NCBI GenBank assembly: GCA_028534125.1
Contig: CM052816.1
Span: forward strand, 95,420,001 to 95,484,000
Source: Lama glama
Lineage: Eukaryota
DNA length: 64,000 nt
Direction: 5' to 3'
Shown here: positions 51,088-63,750 of the stretch, one piece after another
How the letters are laid out: the number at the start of each line of letters is the position of its first letter
How positions within the stretch are numbered: the first letter of the stretch is position 1
Translations under genes and position numbers: made by a program
Notes under the pieces: model-generated
The model's database searches: none
What the model saw: the letters and a program-made list of their open reading frames with translations, nothing else
Told to the model about the DNA's origin: nothing

Positions 51088-51850
51088 AAAAGAGGCTAAA
51101 AGTGATTAAAAGACTTGTTACGGTTTCAGGCCAGAACGAGGCAGTGCTGGGGCCCAAACTTAGATTCTTCTGACCCAGATTTCAGTGTTCTTTCCACCCC
51201 TGCAGGAGGAGCTGTGCTCATCCATCCACGGCTGTGACCTTTATTTCAGGAACCGGGTCTCTGGCAGGAGCGTGTGGCCCCACGCCTCGGGTGGACACGC
51301 ATGGCGTTTGACACAGACCCCACAGGCTGGCTTGCCGCCTCCCCTTTTAGAACCTGCATTAGACCATACCCTCTGGGCAGAACATTGTGCCCTGCTGGCA
51401 CCCTGGGCGGAGGCTGGAGAAAACTGCTTGGTCATGGTGACTGGCGGTGCTCACCAGGTGTGCCCTTCTGGCCTGAGGCTAACGTGAAAGGCCAGCCGAG
51501 AGGTGTAACTCCTCAGGGGCAGGAGGGGGACCTGTTTGCACCCACCCTGCCCTCGCCACCCAGGAACCTTTGTCCTGGGTGTCGTATCTAGTGGAGAATG
51601 CACGGCCCGAAGGCATGTCAGATGGGCTGGGCTCTGAGCAGGCTGCCAGAGGCCGTGCACCTTTGGTTGTGAAATCCAAGATGCAGTGGCCTGAAGCCCG
51701 TTGGCCTCTTTGCCGTGATCACAATTGACTACTTCTCTGTTCCTGTGGTCCAAAATTGTCAACCTAGCGAGTTTCTTAAAGAATGTAAGCAAACACCGAG
51801 CCCCAACAGCTCCGAAACGAGGAAGAGCAGCTCGTGCCCTTGTTTTACAG

Positions 51851-51958
51851 AACCATCGTTCCAGACTTCTTTGTAGGGCAGGAGCCCTGGGACCCCTCCT
51901 GGGACAGGTCCACTTTCTCGGAGTGGTTGAAGACAAAAGATGCCAGAAAGATTGATAG
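51851..51958 (+). CDS. CMBL: CMBL coding exon 2 of 5 (108 nt, phase 2-2; absent from the ORF track)
   Basis: tgttttacag|A ACC ATC GTT CCA GAC TTC...ATT GAT AG|gtaagt = [36 protein letters not shown]. Confidence 0.96.
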
Positions 51959-54900
51959 GTAAGTTACAAATACATTTCCAGCGGGGCTGTGTTAGTGGTG
52001 CCCCGGGCACCGGGGAGCGGGGGCGGAGGGAGAGGAGGGGCGGGCTTTGGAGTTCAGACACCCACCCCACCCTCCCTGCACGTAGGACTTTGAGGTCACA
52101 GCTAATGGAGTCCTCCCTGAGACATAAAGGAAACATGTTTTATTTACTTAGCTCAGTTTTTGTACCAACAAGCGTCCTGCTGGCCAGCAAGCTCATTTGT
52201 TTCCCTCCCTGGGAAAGTCTTTGTGGCACTGATGTGGAGGAGCTTCGTAGAAGTACCAGCTGGGCCTGATTTTCCTTGAAATTGGGCCCCAGGGTCCAGA
52301 GATCAACAGTCCTTCCTTCCCCTCCCGGCTGCAGGGCCAGCTGAGACAGTGGACAGAGAAGCGACAGTAAAGAAGATGCCAGCCCCACCTGCATGCCACT
52401 GAGTGGAAACTGTGGCTTTTGTTCTGCGGCCCCAAGGGCCACTCCCTACCCCAGCCCCCTTCCCCCTGGGAAGCCATGGGTCTTTAGACCAGACCCACCA
52501 GACCAGGACTGCTGTTTTGCCAGGGGTCGGGGAATGGTGGGAAGAAAAGGCAGGAATCCCCTAGGATTGCAGCCTTTTATTAAATTGGCTGCACCCAGTC
52601 TGGAAGCAAGGACCAGCGCTCTCAGCTGCCACTCAGATCCCCTCTTTGTCTGGAGGATTAAGGATGGAGCAGGGAGGCGGCAGGAGTGTTCTCTCATGCC
52701 AAACTCCTCCTCAGCAAGAAAACCTGAGCCCAGAGCAGAGGTGCCCCCCAGCACCAGCCCCTGACTTCCCTTGACCACGTGCCCTTCCAGACGCCGTCCT
52801 CCCCCGTGTTCTGACTTTCTCCCACCATGTGCTTGAGCCTTGTGCTTGGTAAGCTGTGCCCCAAGCCCAGGTGGGGCAACTGCTAATAACCTGCCCCTGT
52901 CTGTGGCGCCTCGGTCCCTGGACCTCTGCTCCTTTAGGGCTGACTCCAGGGCTGCTGGCCCTTTGTCTCCTGGGCCGGTGGACCCCGGGCCGACCTCTGC
53001 CCACAGCCCGCAGGGGCCTCTGCTCCCTAGCTCCTCAGCCCCGCCTCGGTCTCCACACTCACGGGTGGCCAGACTCTCCCGTGTCCTGGCCACCCTTTCT
53101 CCAGGGGCCTGTGTGGAGCAGCAGTGCTTCGTGGCTCAGGCCAGGGTCTCCCTCTGGTCTCTGTGTGGTCCATCAGTCTGGGAGATGCTACGAGCCGCCC
53201 TGGGAGCTTGCAGTTTGTCAAGTACCCTGGACTGTGAGTAACCTTAGGGTCTCGCCGCTGGAGACCAGGGCCAGTGGCTGACTTTGGGATCACTGCTAGG
53301 ACGTGAAGCACCTTGTCTTAAGTTTGTCCCATCCTGTGGAGTCTCACTGCAGGGGTAGGAAGGCCTGGCTCCTTCACCCCAAGTCAGGGCTCCCTCAAGG
53401 GCCACCCCAGCTCTGAGCTCCCCCAGGAGCTGGTTGGGACTTGTGTGGGATGGCACCACAGCCCAGGTTCTCTCTCCATCCTGCCTCCTCCCTCCTCTTC
53501 CCCAGGGTTGACCCTGAGATTACTGGGGCCCCAACCTCCTGCACGTTTATCCATGTCCAGGGCCCCCTCCCAGGGACTCAACCTGCAAGCCCAAGAAAAA
53601 CCAAATGAAACAAGATGTTAGGAGTAAATTAGAAGTAGAAACACAAGAGAACCAGAGAGATTGTGATGTGAATACAAAATCCAGCTCTTATGTAGGACTG
53701 GGGTGGGGACAATAGTTAGGACATTCAGAGGAAAGGCCATGTGAGCACAAGTCAGGGTGATCGTTTCAGGCATCAGTGCAGCCCAGGGGCCCCCTCCATG
53801 GGTATAAGGAGAGCCACACATTTTAAATCAGAATGAAACGTAAGGTGGAAATACTAACTTGGAAAGTAGACTGAAATCCTTGCTCCTGGTCAAGTGTCTT
53901 TTGTTTGAAAGAAGACCTGTCTTGAATGCTTACTGCTTAAGCAGTCATGGATTTGTTGGTTTATAGAACTGAAAAGAGGTAGTTTCTGGCTTCAAGCAGA
54001 GGTTGGTCTATGGCTCAGAAGGTATCCCCAAGATTTAACCTTCCAGCATCTCTCAGCTCCCTTATCTGATGCTGGCTCCGTTCTCAGGCAGCGTTTGCCT
54101 CTGGGAGGCAAGATGGCTGCAGCAGCTCCAGCCTCCCATTGGCTCTTTTCCCTGCAACCCAGCAAAATTCTCATTTGGCCCTGATGGTTATGACTGGGTC
54201 ACAAATCCATCCTTGAACCAATCATCGTGGTCAGAGATTACTAGGCTCTGATTGGCCAGGCCTGAGCCACATACTCCACTCCTGGAATTGAGCCCCCCAA
54301 AGTATATGGACCCAGCATGGGGAAGGGAGGTTCAGCCGAAGCTCATCCCTGGCGTTCCCAGGAAAGCAGGGAACATACCCAGCCAGAAAAGTGAAGATAA
54401 GTTCACTTGAGTCAATTAAAGAATTTTTATAGAAGTGCCCTCTTCCTGTTGGTCCTCTGCAATTAAGGCAGTTATTCTTAAGATGAAAGCATTCGAGAAA
54501 CATTGGAAAGTCCAAATGTCCCAAACTACTGCTTATTCCATTTTATTTTGCAGAATGACTTAATTACTGCTCTTCTAACATTGTGAAATAACTACTTGCA
54601 CACAGAATGGTCTGACACATATGTTTAAATGCGTTCAAAAACATCTTATTATTAAAAGGAAAAGAAAGTGCAATAGAATTTCTCTCTGTCTCTCTTTTTT
54701 TTAATAATTGCAAACAGATAGCGTTTCTTCCTTATCAGATCAAACAAGAACCTTCTGAGCTGGGCTTGGAGCCCCACCTCCACTTTGGCGTCTTGCTCCC
54801 AGTTGAAAAAGCTTTCTGAGTTCCAAACAACCAATTTGCAGATGAACCATTTGCAGAACAAGGGCCACTGCTCTCAGTCCCCTCGTGGCTGGCGTCATCC

Positions 54901-55391
54901 TCGAGGCTTTCCAAATATTGCTTTGCCTTTTGGACACGGAGGGGCTAAGCAATGCAGAGTTAGGGTGTGAGGCAGAGGGAATGCCAAGTCAGGCGGAGCT
55001 GGGGAGCTGGTTGCGGCCCATCGAGAGGAGAGAGTGGAGGCTGGGGGCGCTCACTGGGGCAGATCTCGGGATCAGGTCCTAGTCATGCTGTGGCCTTTGG
55101 TCTTTATCCTGAGGCCGTGGAAGGCTGTTGCTCAAGCTGGTCAGATCTGTGTTTTAGAGAAAACCTGCTGCAGCCCTGGGCTGGAGGGGGCTGAGCTTGG
55201 CAGAGACCTGCCGGGGAGGTCTGTCACTCATCACTCGTCATTGCGCAGGCTGTGGTGTGGATGGAGCTCTGAAAGCAGGAATCTCAGAATCTCCAGGAAC
55301 GCTGTTGAGAAAGCCCCGTTACCATTGGCACTTGCTGCTCAGCACAAAACTTATCTCTTGATTTCTTGAGTAACTTTTCTTTCTATTCTAG

Positions 55392-55534
55392 AGAGGTTGA
55401 TGCCGTCTTAAAGTATCTGAAACAGCAGTGTCACGCCAGGAAAATTGGCGTCGTGGGATTCTGCTGGGGTGGAATTGCTGTCCATCACATAATGATGAAA
55501 TACCCAGAAGTCAGGGCAGGCGTGTCGGTCTACG
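55392..55534 (+). CDS. CMBL: CMBL coding exon 3 of 5 (143 nt) with catalytic Cys132 in GFCWG
   Basis: ttctattctag|A GAG GTT GAT...GTC TAC G|gtaaag = [47 protein letters not shown]; dienelactone-hydrolase G-x-C-x-G nucleophile elbow. Confidence 0.97.
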
Positions 55535-56550
55535 GTAAAGCTGCCTTGTACATTTTTCCACAATGAAAGCTGGGGGAGTGGTAGAGTGACAGTGGCCAGA
55601 AGCTTCTTCCAAAGCTAAAGGTCCCAGGTGTGCCACAAAACTCAGACTTGCAGAGATGGCCCCTCTTAAGGAAATGGTTTTAAAAATCTGAAGGTAGAGG
55701 TGGAGGTGTGTAACATCCTAACCAGAGGGAACCTGGGTCCCCTAACCCGAGGTCTCAATTCTTCATCCAGGATGAAGGGGGTAACATTTCTTTCCTTGAT
55801 AATGGTTAATGGTTAATACCAAGCAATATTTTAATTAGCAACAGCTATGAAAAGATTTTTCCAAAATATAAATTATTCTTAACTGCTCATGCATGCACAT
55901 GTGCGCACACAATATAAAGTGGGGAAGAAAGGGAAGACCCACTCTAAAATATAAATAGCAACATAAACACTTCAGCCAAACAAACCAAAGGTGTCATAGC
56001 AATGACATAAGAACATTGTGTCTGCATATTGGAACGGGATACTTAATGATACGGAAGCATTTGACCTTGGCTTTCTTTCATAATTTTATATTCCACAATT
56101 ATACTAATAATTCTTATTTGAATTAATGGTTCCTCACTTAATTTTACCATTAAAAAAGAAAACTAAATATTTACTTACACAAAGAAAACAAGCTGCCAGC
56201 TGCCACTGTGTGCAATGGGGCCGACCCATTATTGGCCGCCTGCTTAGCGCCTTTGTGTGAACGAGCAGAAGGCGCTCTGGAGTGGATGCCTCGCGCACGT
56301 CCCCTGGTGGCCGCCGCTGTGCAGTGCAGGCTGCAGCTCTGGGCGGTGAGACTCGGAGCCAGGCCTGGGGCATCAAACCGCTGTCCAGCCTCTAATGTGG
56401 CCATAACACAATAGGGCAGGGAGCGTCGCCATCTTTCCTGTGGCTCCCTGCCTTCTAGAGTGGCGTTACAGGTAAGGGGAGGCTCCCTGGGTTACCTAGC
56501 TTTGCTGTACTGCCAACAGGAAATGGAAAACCTTTTTTTGTCCTACCTAC

Positions 56551-56927
56551 TGACAAGGACTCTCTATGATCACCTTTGAGCCAGACTCTTCTGTGAGTCT
56601 TTTTTCTGAGTGGGCCCCAACCGTGGGCTGTGTCCTTAGGCCACTGGGTCAGTTTAGCGAGAACCCCCCTCCCCTGATATGTGATCAGATCCTGCACGCC
56701 CCACCCTCAATGGCTTGTCTCCCCTCCTGCCTTCAGCAAGAGCCCTGTCAAGTCATCTGGCTAGAATCCCCGGTACCTTGATGATTCCTTTTTAGTGATT
56801 TTCCATCCACTGGTCTCCACCCTGCTCCTTGGCCTTGGATTTGGGGTTGAGTCCCCTTCAGTTGTCCCCTCGAATAAAATCTTCCTCACTATCTTTAACA
56901 AGTGCCAGAATACGCTTTCCTTTAACA
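56551..56927 (+). mobile_element. ERV1 solo LTR (MER31-like), opposite orientation to 39562-39994
   Basis: tgacaaggactctct...ttttccatccactgg...ctccttggc...aataaaatcttcct...tcctttaaca. Confidence 0.6.
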
Positions 56928-57551
56928 CTCCTCTTATCTCAAAATGACAACAGATTTCAAAAAACTTTTACTTATTTTCCAATAGGACCGGGCACACCCA
57001 CAGTTGTCCGAATCCCCAAGGCTGAACACACTTGATTAAATGCTCTCTAAAATTCTGAAGGCATTTTAGAAGGATGAAAGCTGAGTGTTATGAGTGACTA
57101 GCTAGGACCAGGGGCTGTGCCCAGGGACTTCACACGAGTGGTCTCATCTGAGCACAAACAACCCGTCACATGGCGGCTCCGCCCTTTGCCTGAAAACCTT
57201 GGCACAGAGCCTGTGGGGCTTGAGTAGACCGTGAGAAACTTCCTGGACAGCACTGGTCCAGATCTGAGTTACCACGTCTTGGTAACCAAAGGCATGTGTC
57301 CAGAGGGAACATGCATCTTTACCTGCCAAGCAGCCAGCACGGTCTAAAGCCATCATTTAATGGCCTGATTCCTAGTGAGTGACGGGGAGAGGAGGGTGAT
57401 CTGAGTAAATAGCTTCCTCTTTGAGCCCAGTTTTATAAGGCCAGGGCACTTGTGTGAAATTGCTAAAAAGAAAACTAACAAAACCCCCAAAGCACATGTT
57501 GTCATTTGAAAAATCAAACTCAGATCCTTGTGTCCCTCTCTGGTTCCCCAG

Positions 57552-57643
57552 GCATCGTCAAAGACTCTGAGGATGTGCACAGTTTAAAGAACCCCACGTT
57601 GTTCATTTTTGCTGAAAATGATGCTGTGATTCCTCTTGAGCAG
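57552..57643 (+). CDS. CMBL: CMBL coding exon 4 of 5 (92 nt) with catalytic Asp179; absent from the ORF track
   Basis: ggttccccag|GC ATC GTC AAA...CTT GAG CAG|gtaagt = [31 protein letters not shown]. Confidence 0.96.
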
Positions 57644-58367
57644 GTAAGTTGGCATCTTTCCTCTTTTCGTCTCTGCGTTTAATAAGATGACTTAATAGTT
57701 CGGGGAAAACAGCCCAAAGGGTTCATTTTTTGCTCCAAATATTTTTCAACATTGAAGTTTGAAAGATGAGTTTCATTGGGGACTTTAAGGGGGATTGTAA
57801 CCCCGAAGTGCCCCTGGTGTGGCTGGTTACTGGGCTTAGAAGTAGGCCCTGCCTCCCTGTCCCCCACCGCCCCCCAGTGTAACCCACCAGTTATCATAAG
57901 GGCTCTAGCCTTAAAGGCATGGCTTTGTTAAATCCAGCACAATTGATAAGGAAAAAACAGAAAGAAACTGGTTCAAAAGCAGTTGTTTGGAAATAACTCT
58001 TGTTATTCCTAACCAATACATTATATTAATATAAATTCCAAACGACCTATATTTGAATACATTGAAATGTGTATTGAATACATTGAATGTTGTATATTTG
58101 AATAGATTGAAGTATAGACTAATAGACAAATATATTAATACAATTTCAAATACTTGATGTTGTATCACTTTTCTGTCGCTCTGAATTCTCTCCTTCGCCA
58201 AAGGTAGGGACTGTTAGTTATAAAATTATAAGTGAAAAATTCATTGTAGCTGGAACTTAGAACATTGATGTTAAAGCTCTTTGATGAGCATTCAGAGAAG
58301 ATGCAGCGGACGGAAAATATTGCTAGAGGGTTAAAATCACAGCATCATGAAATCTTTTGCAAACCAG

Positions 58368-58547
58368 GTCTCTTTGCTGACTCAGAAGTTGAAAGACCAC
58401 TGCAGAGTGGAATATCAAATTAAAACGTTCTCCGGGCAAACGCATGGGTTCGTACATCGCAAGAGAGAAGATTGTTCGCCTGAAGACAAGCCCTATATTG
58501 ACGAGGCGAGAAGGAACTTACTCGAGTGGCTGAACAAGTACGTCTAG
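58368..58547 (+). CDS. CMBL: CMBL last coding exon (180 nt) with catalytic His212 and TAG stop
   Basis: aaaccag|GTC TCT TTG... = [59 protein letters not shown]; summed CDS 738 nt = 245 aa. Confidence 0.97.
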   Translation, partial: VSLLTQKLKDHCRVEYQIKTFSGQTHGFVHRKREDCSPEDKPYIDEARRNLLEWLNKYV

Positions 58548-58625
58548 CCACGGCCAAGTGCAAGCCTTCTCTAAATAGCTCTCAGCCAGAAGTTTGCTTG
58601 GATCTAATTTTCACTTTATATAAAA

Positions 58626-59097
58626 AATAAATCAAGGAATCCTGAAATTCATGATGTCATCTGAAACACAAATTCAGTAGGCAAAGTCAGTGAAGTCCTT
58701 TCATTTTTATCATGGGCATAAATAAAAATTTTAACAGCAGGTCAGTACCAGAAGAATTTGGATGAGGAAGTCATATCTTAACTTTTAGTAAAAGCCTAGG
58801 TCTACCCAGGGACCAGCTGATGGCTCAAGTATGGTCTTCCTGGCCTTGAATGAAACCCTTTAAATCGACTAACTTGGCAAAACCGTGAAGTGCATGAACT
58901 GTAAAATCAGGTAGATTAAAAGCCCAACTTGACTGGACATTCATCTCCGCCTTAACACAGGTGGATTTGTCATGTTCGTATGTTGCACCATGAGTAATAC
59001 TGAGATTAAAATAGGGTTCCGTTGACCTAATTATATCAAGCTAATAAACTTACTTTCTGAGTTTTTGAATTTGTGGCTTTTTCTAAAAGCTAATAAA
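58626..59097 (+). terminator. Candidate CMBL polyadenylation signals
   Basis: AATAAA at 58626, 58721, 59043 and 59092; ATTAAA at 58915 and 59005. Confidence 0.55.
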
Positions 59098-59251
59098 ACA
59101 CGATGGATTAGAGTCATCATCCAGCTGACTCCTAGCAGTGGTTTTTATAAACACTGATGTTCAGGTCCCTCGGGCTGGGGCTGCATCAAAAATCTCTCCT
59201 GTGTTCAGCCAGAAGGGTATGGGGTCTAGGGTTAAGTTGCAGTTTTTACAT

Positions 59252-59359
59252 TTATTTATTAATTTTTCTTCTTTTTTTTTGATGGAGGTATTGGGGGTTG
59301 AACCCAGTACCCAGCCCATGCTAAGTCTGCGCCGTACCATTGAGCTATACCCAGCCCCC
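59252..59359 (-). mobile_element. Camelid-type tRNA-Ala-derived SINE
   Basis: Reverse head tggaggtattgggggttgaacccag...catgctaag...tgagctatacccagcccc; flanked by ttttacat at 59244 and 59365. Confidence 0.82.
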
Positions 59360-61707
59360 TCGACTTTTACATATAAATTAATTAAAAGTAAATCAGATCA
59401 AGGACCCAGCTCCTTGGTAGAACCTCCTGAGTCAAGCCCTCAGGAGCCACAGGTGGCTTATGGGAACTGTGCTGGACGGTGCTCGTCTACACTGGTGAAG
59501 CCACTTCACCTCCTCCAGCTGCATCCTGTTTGATTCTCCGTTAATCCTGTCATTCCCCCAGGTGACAGCCTCAGTTCCAGCCCAGAGAATTTCTTTCCCT
59601 GGCGAACTCCTCACGACTAGGCCAGCTGGCCGTCAGTCCCGCCGGCCCTGCGGTGTCCGCAGACACCCTGCAGCGGCTCCCTCCCCCTGGTGGGGCCGTG
59701 GGGTTGAGGGTGGACTTTCAGCCCAGTGTGCGTGGCCAGCTGGGGGCCATTTCTTGTCGGTGCTGGGGTTCCGGGAGGGAAACTCGGGTACTTCCCTTCT
59801 GGAAGAAGGGGAGCAGGAAGGATCTTGCCGCCTCGGGGACCCACACCCTCTTCCAGCGCTGGGCCTACAGGGGCCCCTGGGCTGCTCTTCTTGTGAGAGC
59901 AGCAGGGGGGCCGAGATGGGCAACCCCCCTCCTGGCAGGAGGGAGCCAGGGGCCTGACCAGGTAGGGGCGGAGAGGGGAGGAGGGGTCCTGGGGCACTTA
60001 GGAGTGGGCTGGGTAGACGCAGGGACCCGGCTGACGTCCCTGGAGGGGGAACACGGGAGAGAAGCAGGCTGTGGGCAAGAGTTTTGTTTTGGTCCAGCTG
60101 GAATATCGGTTGGGTTTTCTTGGGCTGCAAATGACAAAGGCCCGCTAATAAATAGTGTCTAAGAGAGTAACATTGAAGTCTCTCCCAAACACCCTTGAGT
60201 GGAGCCTGGAGGGGTTCAGGGCCTTACTGGTGTCAGGACGAGGGAGGTGCCTGCCCTCCTGGGTGTGCTTGGCCTCACTAACCACCAGCCCCGCAGGAAG
60301 GGAGGGAAGGGCTTTTTCTGTTCCTACTTCTGTTAGGGAGGGACTTCCCAGATACCCCCAGCTGGCTTCTCCGTGCAGGTCAAGGAAGCTGAGCGAGCAT
60401 TGGGCAAAGGGGAGTCTGTGGCCAGGACTCATCGGGCCACAACTCACCCTGGGGCTGGACACAGTGAAGGAGGGAAGTGTGGAGGCCCGTCTAGGGGGCT
60501 GTGGTAGAAGCAGCCCCACGTGGACCTATAGATTTGGAAGATTTGGAAGCCACCTGCTGGGTGTGGGCCAAGGGAGGCATGGAGTAAGGAGAGGGCGGGG
60601 TGGGGGAGAACCGGGAGGCAGGAGGGGAGGGTTCCAAGTGTCCAGGCCTCCTGGGTGGCTTTGGGGAACTTGAGTAAATTCTCTGACCCTCAGTTTTTTA
60701 CAATGTGAAATCTACAAAATGAAGCAAGTGACATTATTTTGCAGAGTAAACAGTCTCGTGTGGGCATGCCATCCGTGTGCCTGTGCTCAGGGACTGTGGG
60801 CCCGTGAGATGCAGCTGTTTCTGAACGTAGGTGTCAGCCTTATGTGGGGGGAGCTGGCTGCGGGGAGGACTAGGGAGGAGTGAGGCGGAGGGGCCAGAGG
60901 ACAACTGGAAGAACTTTCATGACAGTTGAGGGAGGAGTTTCAAAAAGGAGGCAAAAATTATAAGTAAAAAAAACAAAAGAAAAGTCCAAGGTGTGTGTGA
61001 AACAGGACAGATTCCATCACAGAGCATCCTGGGGAGTCGGCTGAGGCCGATGGGTGGCAGCCGGAGTGGCCCTGCGAAGGGCTGGGGTGGCGGTGGGTGA
61101 GGAGGGGGCGGGAGAGAGCGCAGGGCACTGGCAGGCGTGAGGGAAGAGCCCAGGGGCCAGGGCGGAGGGGGTTGCTTTGTTTTGCTTTTTGCTTTTTGCT
61201 TTCTGAGGGGAGGTACTTGGTGGGAGGCGCTAAGGGGCTTTGAGGACGCAGGCAGAGCCCAGTCCTGGGTGAACCCGTTGGATGCTCTGACTCCCTGGTG
61301 CTCTGTGCCCAGGGCGGCTGGAGGGGACCCTTATCACTGCCCTCTCCAGGGGACCAGGCTGACCAGCCGCCTCCGCCGTGGAATCGCGCTCATGGCTGTG
61401 CCAGGAGGGGAGCCCTGGAGGGTCCTGCATTGGCGAGTAAATGCTTTGGCCTGGGAATTAGGCTTCTCATGGCTTACTGGCCTGAGCTGGCCCCGTGCCC
61501 TACCGACCACGAGAGTCCACAAGTGCGATCCTCTCAGGTGCCCAGAAAGCTGCCCATTGGTGAGGGTCACTAATGAGCACCCCAGATGTGGAATTAAGGA
61601 AACCAGCTTGAGAGGAGACAGAATCCGAGGGGTGCTGGGTGAGAAGAAACCCATCTTGAGCAGGGAGGACACCCCCCGCCACAATCACTGAGGCAAAACA
61701 GGAGGGT

Positions 61708-62440
61708 GTGTTTCCTGGCGCTGCTGTGACCAATGATCACTAAGTTTACTATCCCGCAGCTCTGTAGACCAGAAGCCCAGGTGCACTCAGCTGGTTCCTC
61801 AACTCTGGGTTTCACAAGGCCACTGTCAAGGTGTTGGCTGGCTATTCTCACAGCCCAAGGCCCTGGGATGGATCCATTTCCAAATTAAGTACAGCTGACC
61901 TTGAACGCGTGGGTCCACTCACATGCGGACATCTTCCTAAACACTACTGTACGACACGATTCACCGTTGGCTGAATCCTTGCAGGTGGAACTGAGTATAC
62001 AGAGGTCCCATGGATGCGAGGGGCCGGCTATAAACTGCTCTCGGATTTTCACACACAGATGGTTGGCGCTGACACCTGCCAACTATACCTCCCAGCTTTT
62101 GGGACAGTTGTTCCTTGCCGTTGTAGGACCAAGGCCCGGTTTCCTTCCTGTCCGCTGGGGGCCGCCCTCAGCTCCCAGAGGCCTGTCTTCGGTGCCTGCA
62201 CAGGGTCCCTGCGTGTCAGAGCCGGTATGGGTACTCAATCCTCAGGCTACCCCTCCCTTTTGCCGTGCCCTGAGGGCTCCTGCGATCACACTGGGTCCAC
62301 CTGCATCACCTCCCGCTCTTACCGTCAGCCACTGAGTCCTTAATTCCACCTGCAAAGTCCCTGCACAGCAGCACCTAGTTAGCGTCTGAGCGATGCATAA
62401 CCAGGCCGGTGGGGGGACAGCTTTAGAAGGCCGCCCGCCA
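61708..62440 (-). mobile_element. MaLR LTR (MLT1E/F-like) with nested Tigger2a-like MITE (~61892-62086)
   Basis: gctgctgtgaccaatgatcactaagttt...cagctctgtagaccagaagccc; insert tacagctgaccttgaacgcgtgggtccactcacatgcgga...gccaactata. Confidence 0.6.
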
Positions 62441-62799
62441 TGAGGAGCGGGGATGGGTGGGCGGCCGAGACCAGGTGGGAGCACGGAAGCTGCAAGTTCA
62501 CTGTCAGCTTCAATTGTCTTTGAACCAGGAGTCAAGACCCTCAGGTAAGACTTGGTTAAGTGCAGATTTTCAGTGCTTGTATTAAAAATATCTACTGTAT
62601 AAACTCGAGTTTATTTTAGTGAGTGAATGGTGCAGATTATGCAGCGTCTCTTGGACTTGACAACAACCAGGATTATCGTGAGGTACTAATTTAGCAGTTC
62701 TCAACATCCCTGTGTCGCTGAAAAATGTAATTCAGGACCTCCCTCCCCACACCTGCTGCAAGAGCTTACGCTTCTGTCGGTTATACTCATTGGTATTTA

Positions 62800-63750
62800 A
62801 CCTGATGGAAATTAAGACTAAAAAATAAAGCAAATCTTTATTTTAAAATAGTAACAAACACACCAAATGTTAATGTAAGTGATTTTTCATATTTCCCCAA
62901 ACCACAAAGGTGAACAGTGGCATTGTTTTCCACTTTTGCAAATCTCAACGTCCCCCTAACAGGACAGTGAACTGACCTGCTAACAGCACACTCAGCGCGA
63001 CGCAGTCTGGCTGGAGTGGAAGCACGTGAAGACTCCCCACAGGCACACGTACGGTGGGTGGGAAAGTATATTGTCTTCCGCAAAACTGGGGATATTCCTT
63101 TTTAATCTATTCCCAAACTCGGCAAGTGGTAGTTTCAGTAAACTTATCACCGTTACGTCGACCCACCCCCCACTTAGAGGAGATCTGCTCGCGCACGGGA
63201 CCGTGCTAGCCCGACACCTGGCCAGGCCTCGTTTACTGGCCTGTCAGCACCTGGAGCTTGGGCTTCCAGCCTCCAGAACTGTGGGAAGCACTTGTGGACT
63301 CAGCCCCCAGTCGATACTTTCTCTGAAGGAGCCTGAACTAAGCCAGTTGTCCTACTGAAGTGACAGGGTCACTATGTTCATTTTTAAGCCACCGTATGTC
63401 ATACACCCAAGTGTCAGTCACCCTCTAAGGTGGGGCCAGCGCGCCATGAGGGCCTGGTCCAACCAGACAACCGCCCCGCCTGGGATGTGAGTGCCAGGCC
63501 TCACGCCCGCACTGCATCAGGGCGCAGGGAGACCTCAGGACACAGCGACGTGCACTGATCAAGGCCACCCTTCAGTGGGAGCAGCTTCTTAAGTAGGGGG
63601 AGGCGTTGAGGAACAGACTAGCTGACTCGGGCTCGGGTGAGCTTTACCCTCACTGCTTCTGCACCATCAGTGCAACTGTCAACACAGCGAAAAAGGCAAA
63701 TCAGCTCAGTGAAACTACCCCTGACCTCATGGCCCCTTGAAAGCCACCGC
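62800..63750. mobile_element. Charlie1-like hAT DNA transposon relic (with a short MLT1 piece at ~63240-63345)
   Basis: agtggcattgttttccacttttgcaaatctc, ccaaactcggcaagtggtagtttc, and gcaccatcagtgcaactgtcaacacagcgaaaaaggcaaat match recalled Charlie1 segments. Confidence 0.65.

Noticed and set aside
39562..56927. Inverted MER31-like LTR pair forming dsRNA or a provirus within CMBL pre-mRNA
   Set aside because: Opposite orientation excludes a provirus; the copies are highly diverged and ~16.5 kb apart.
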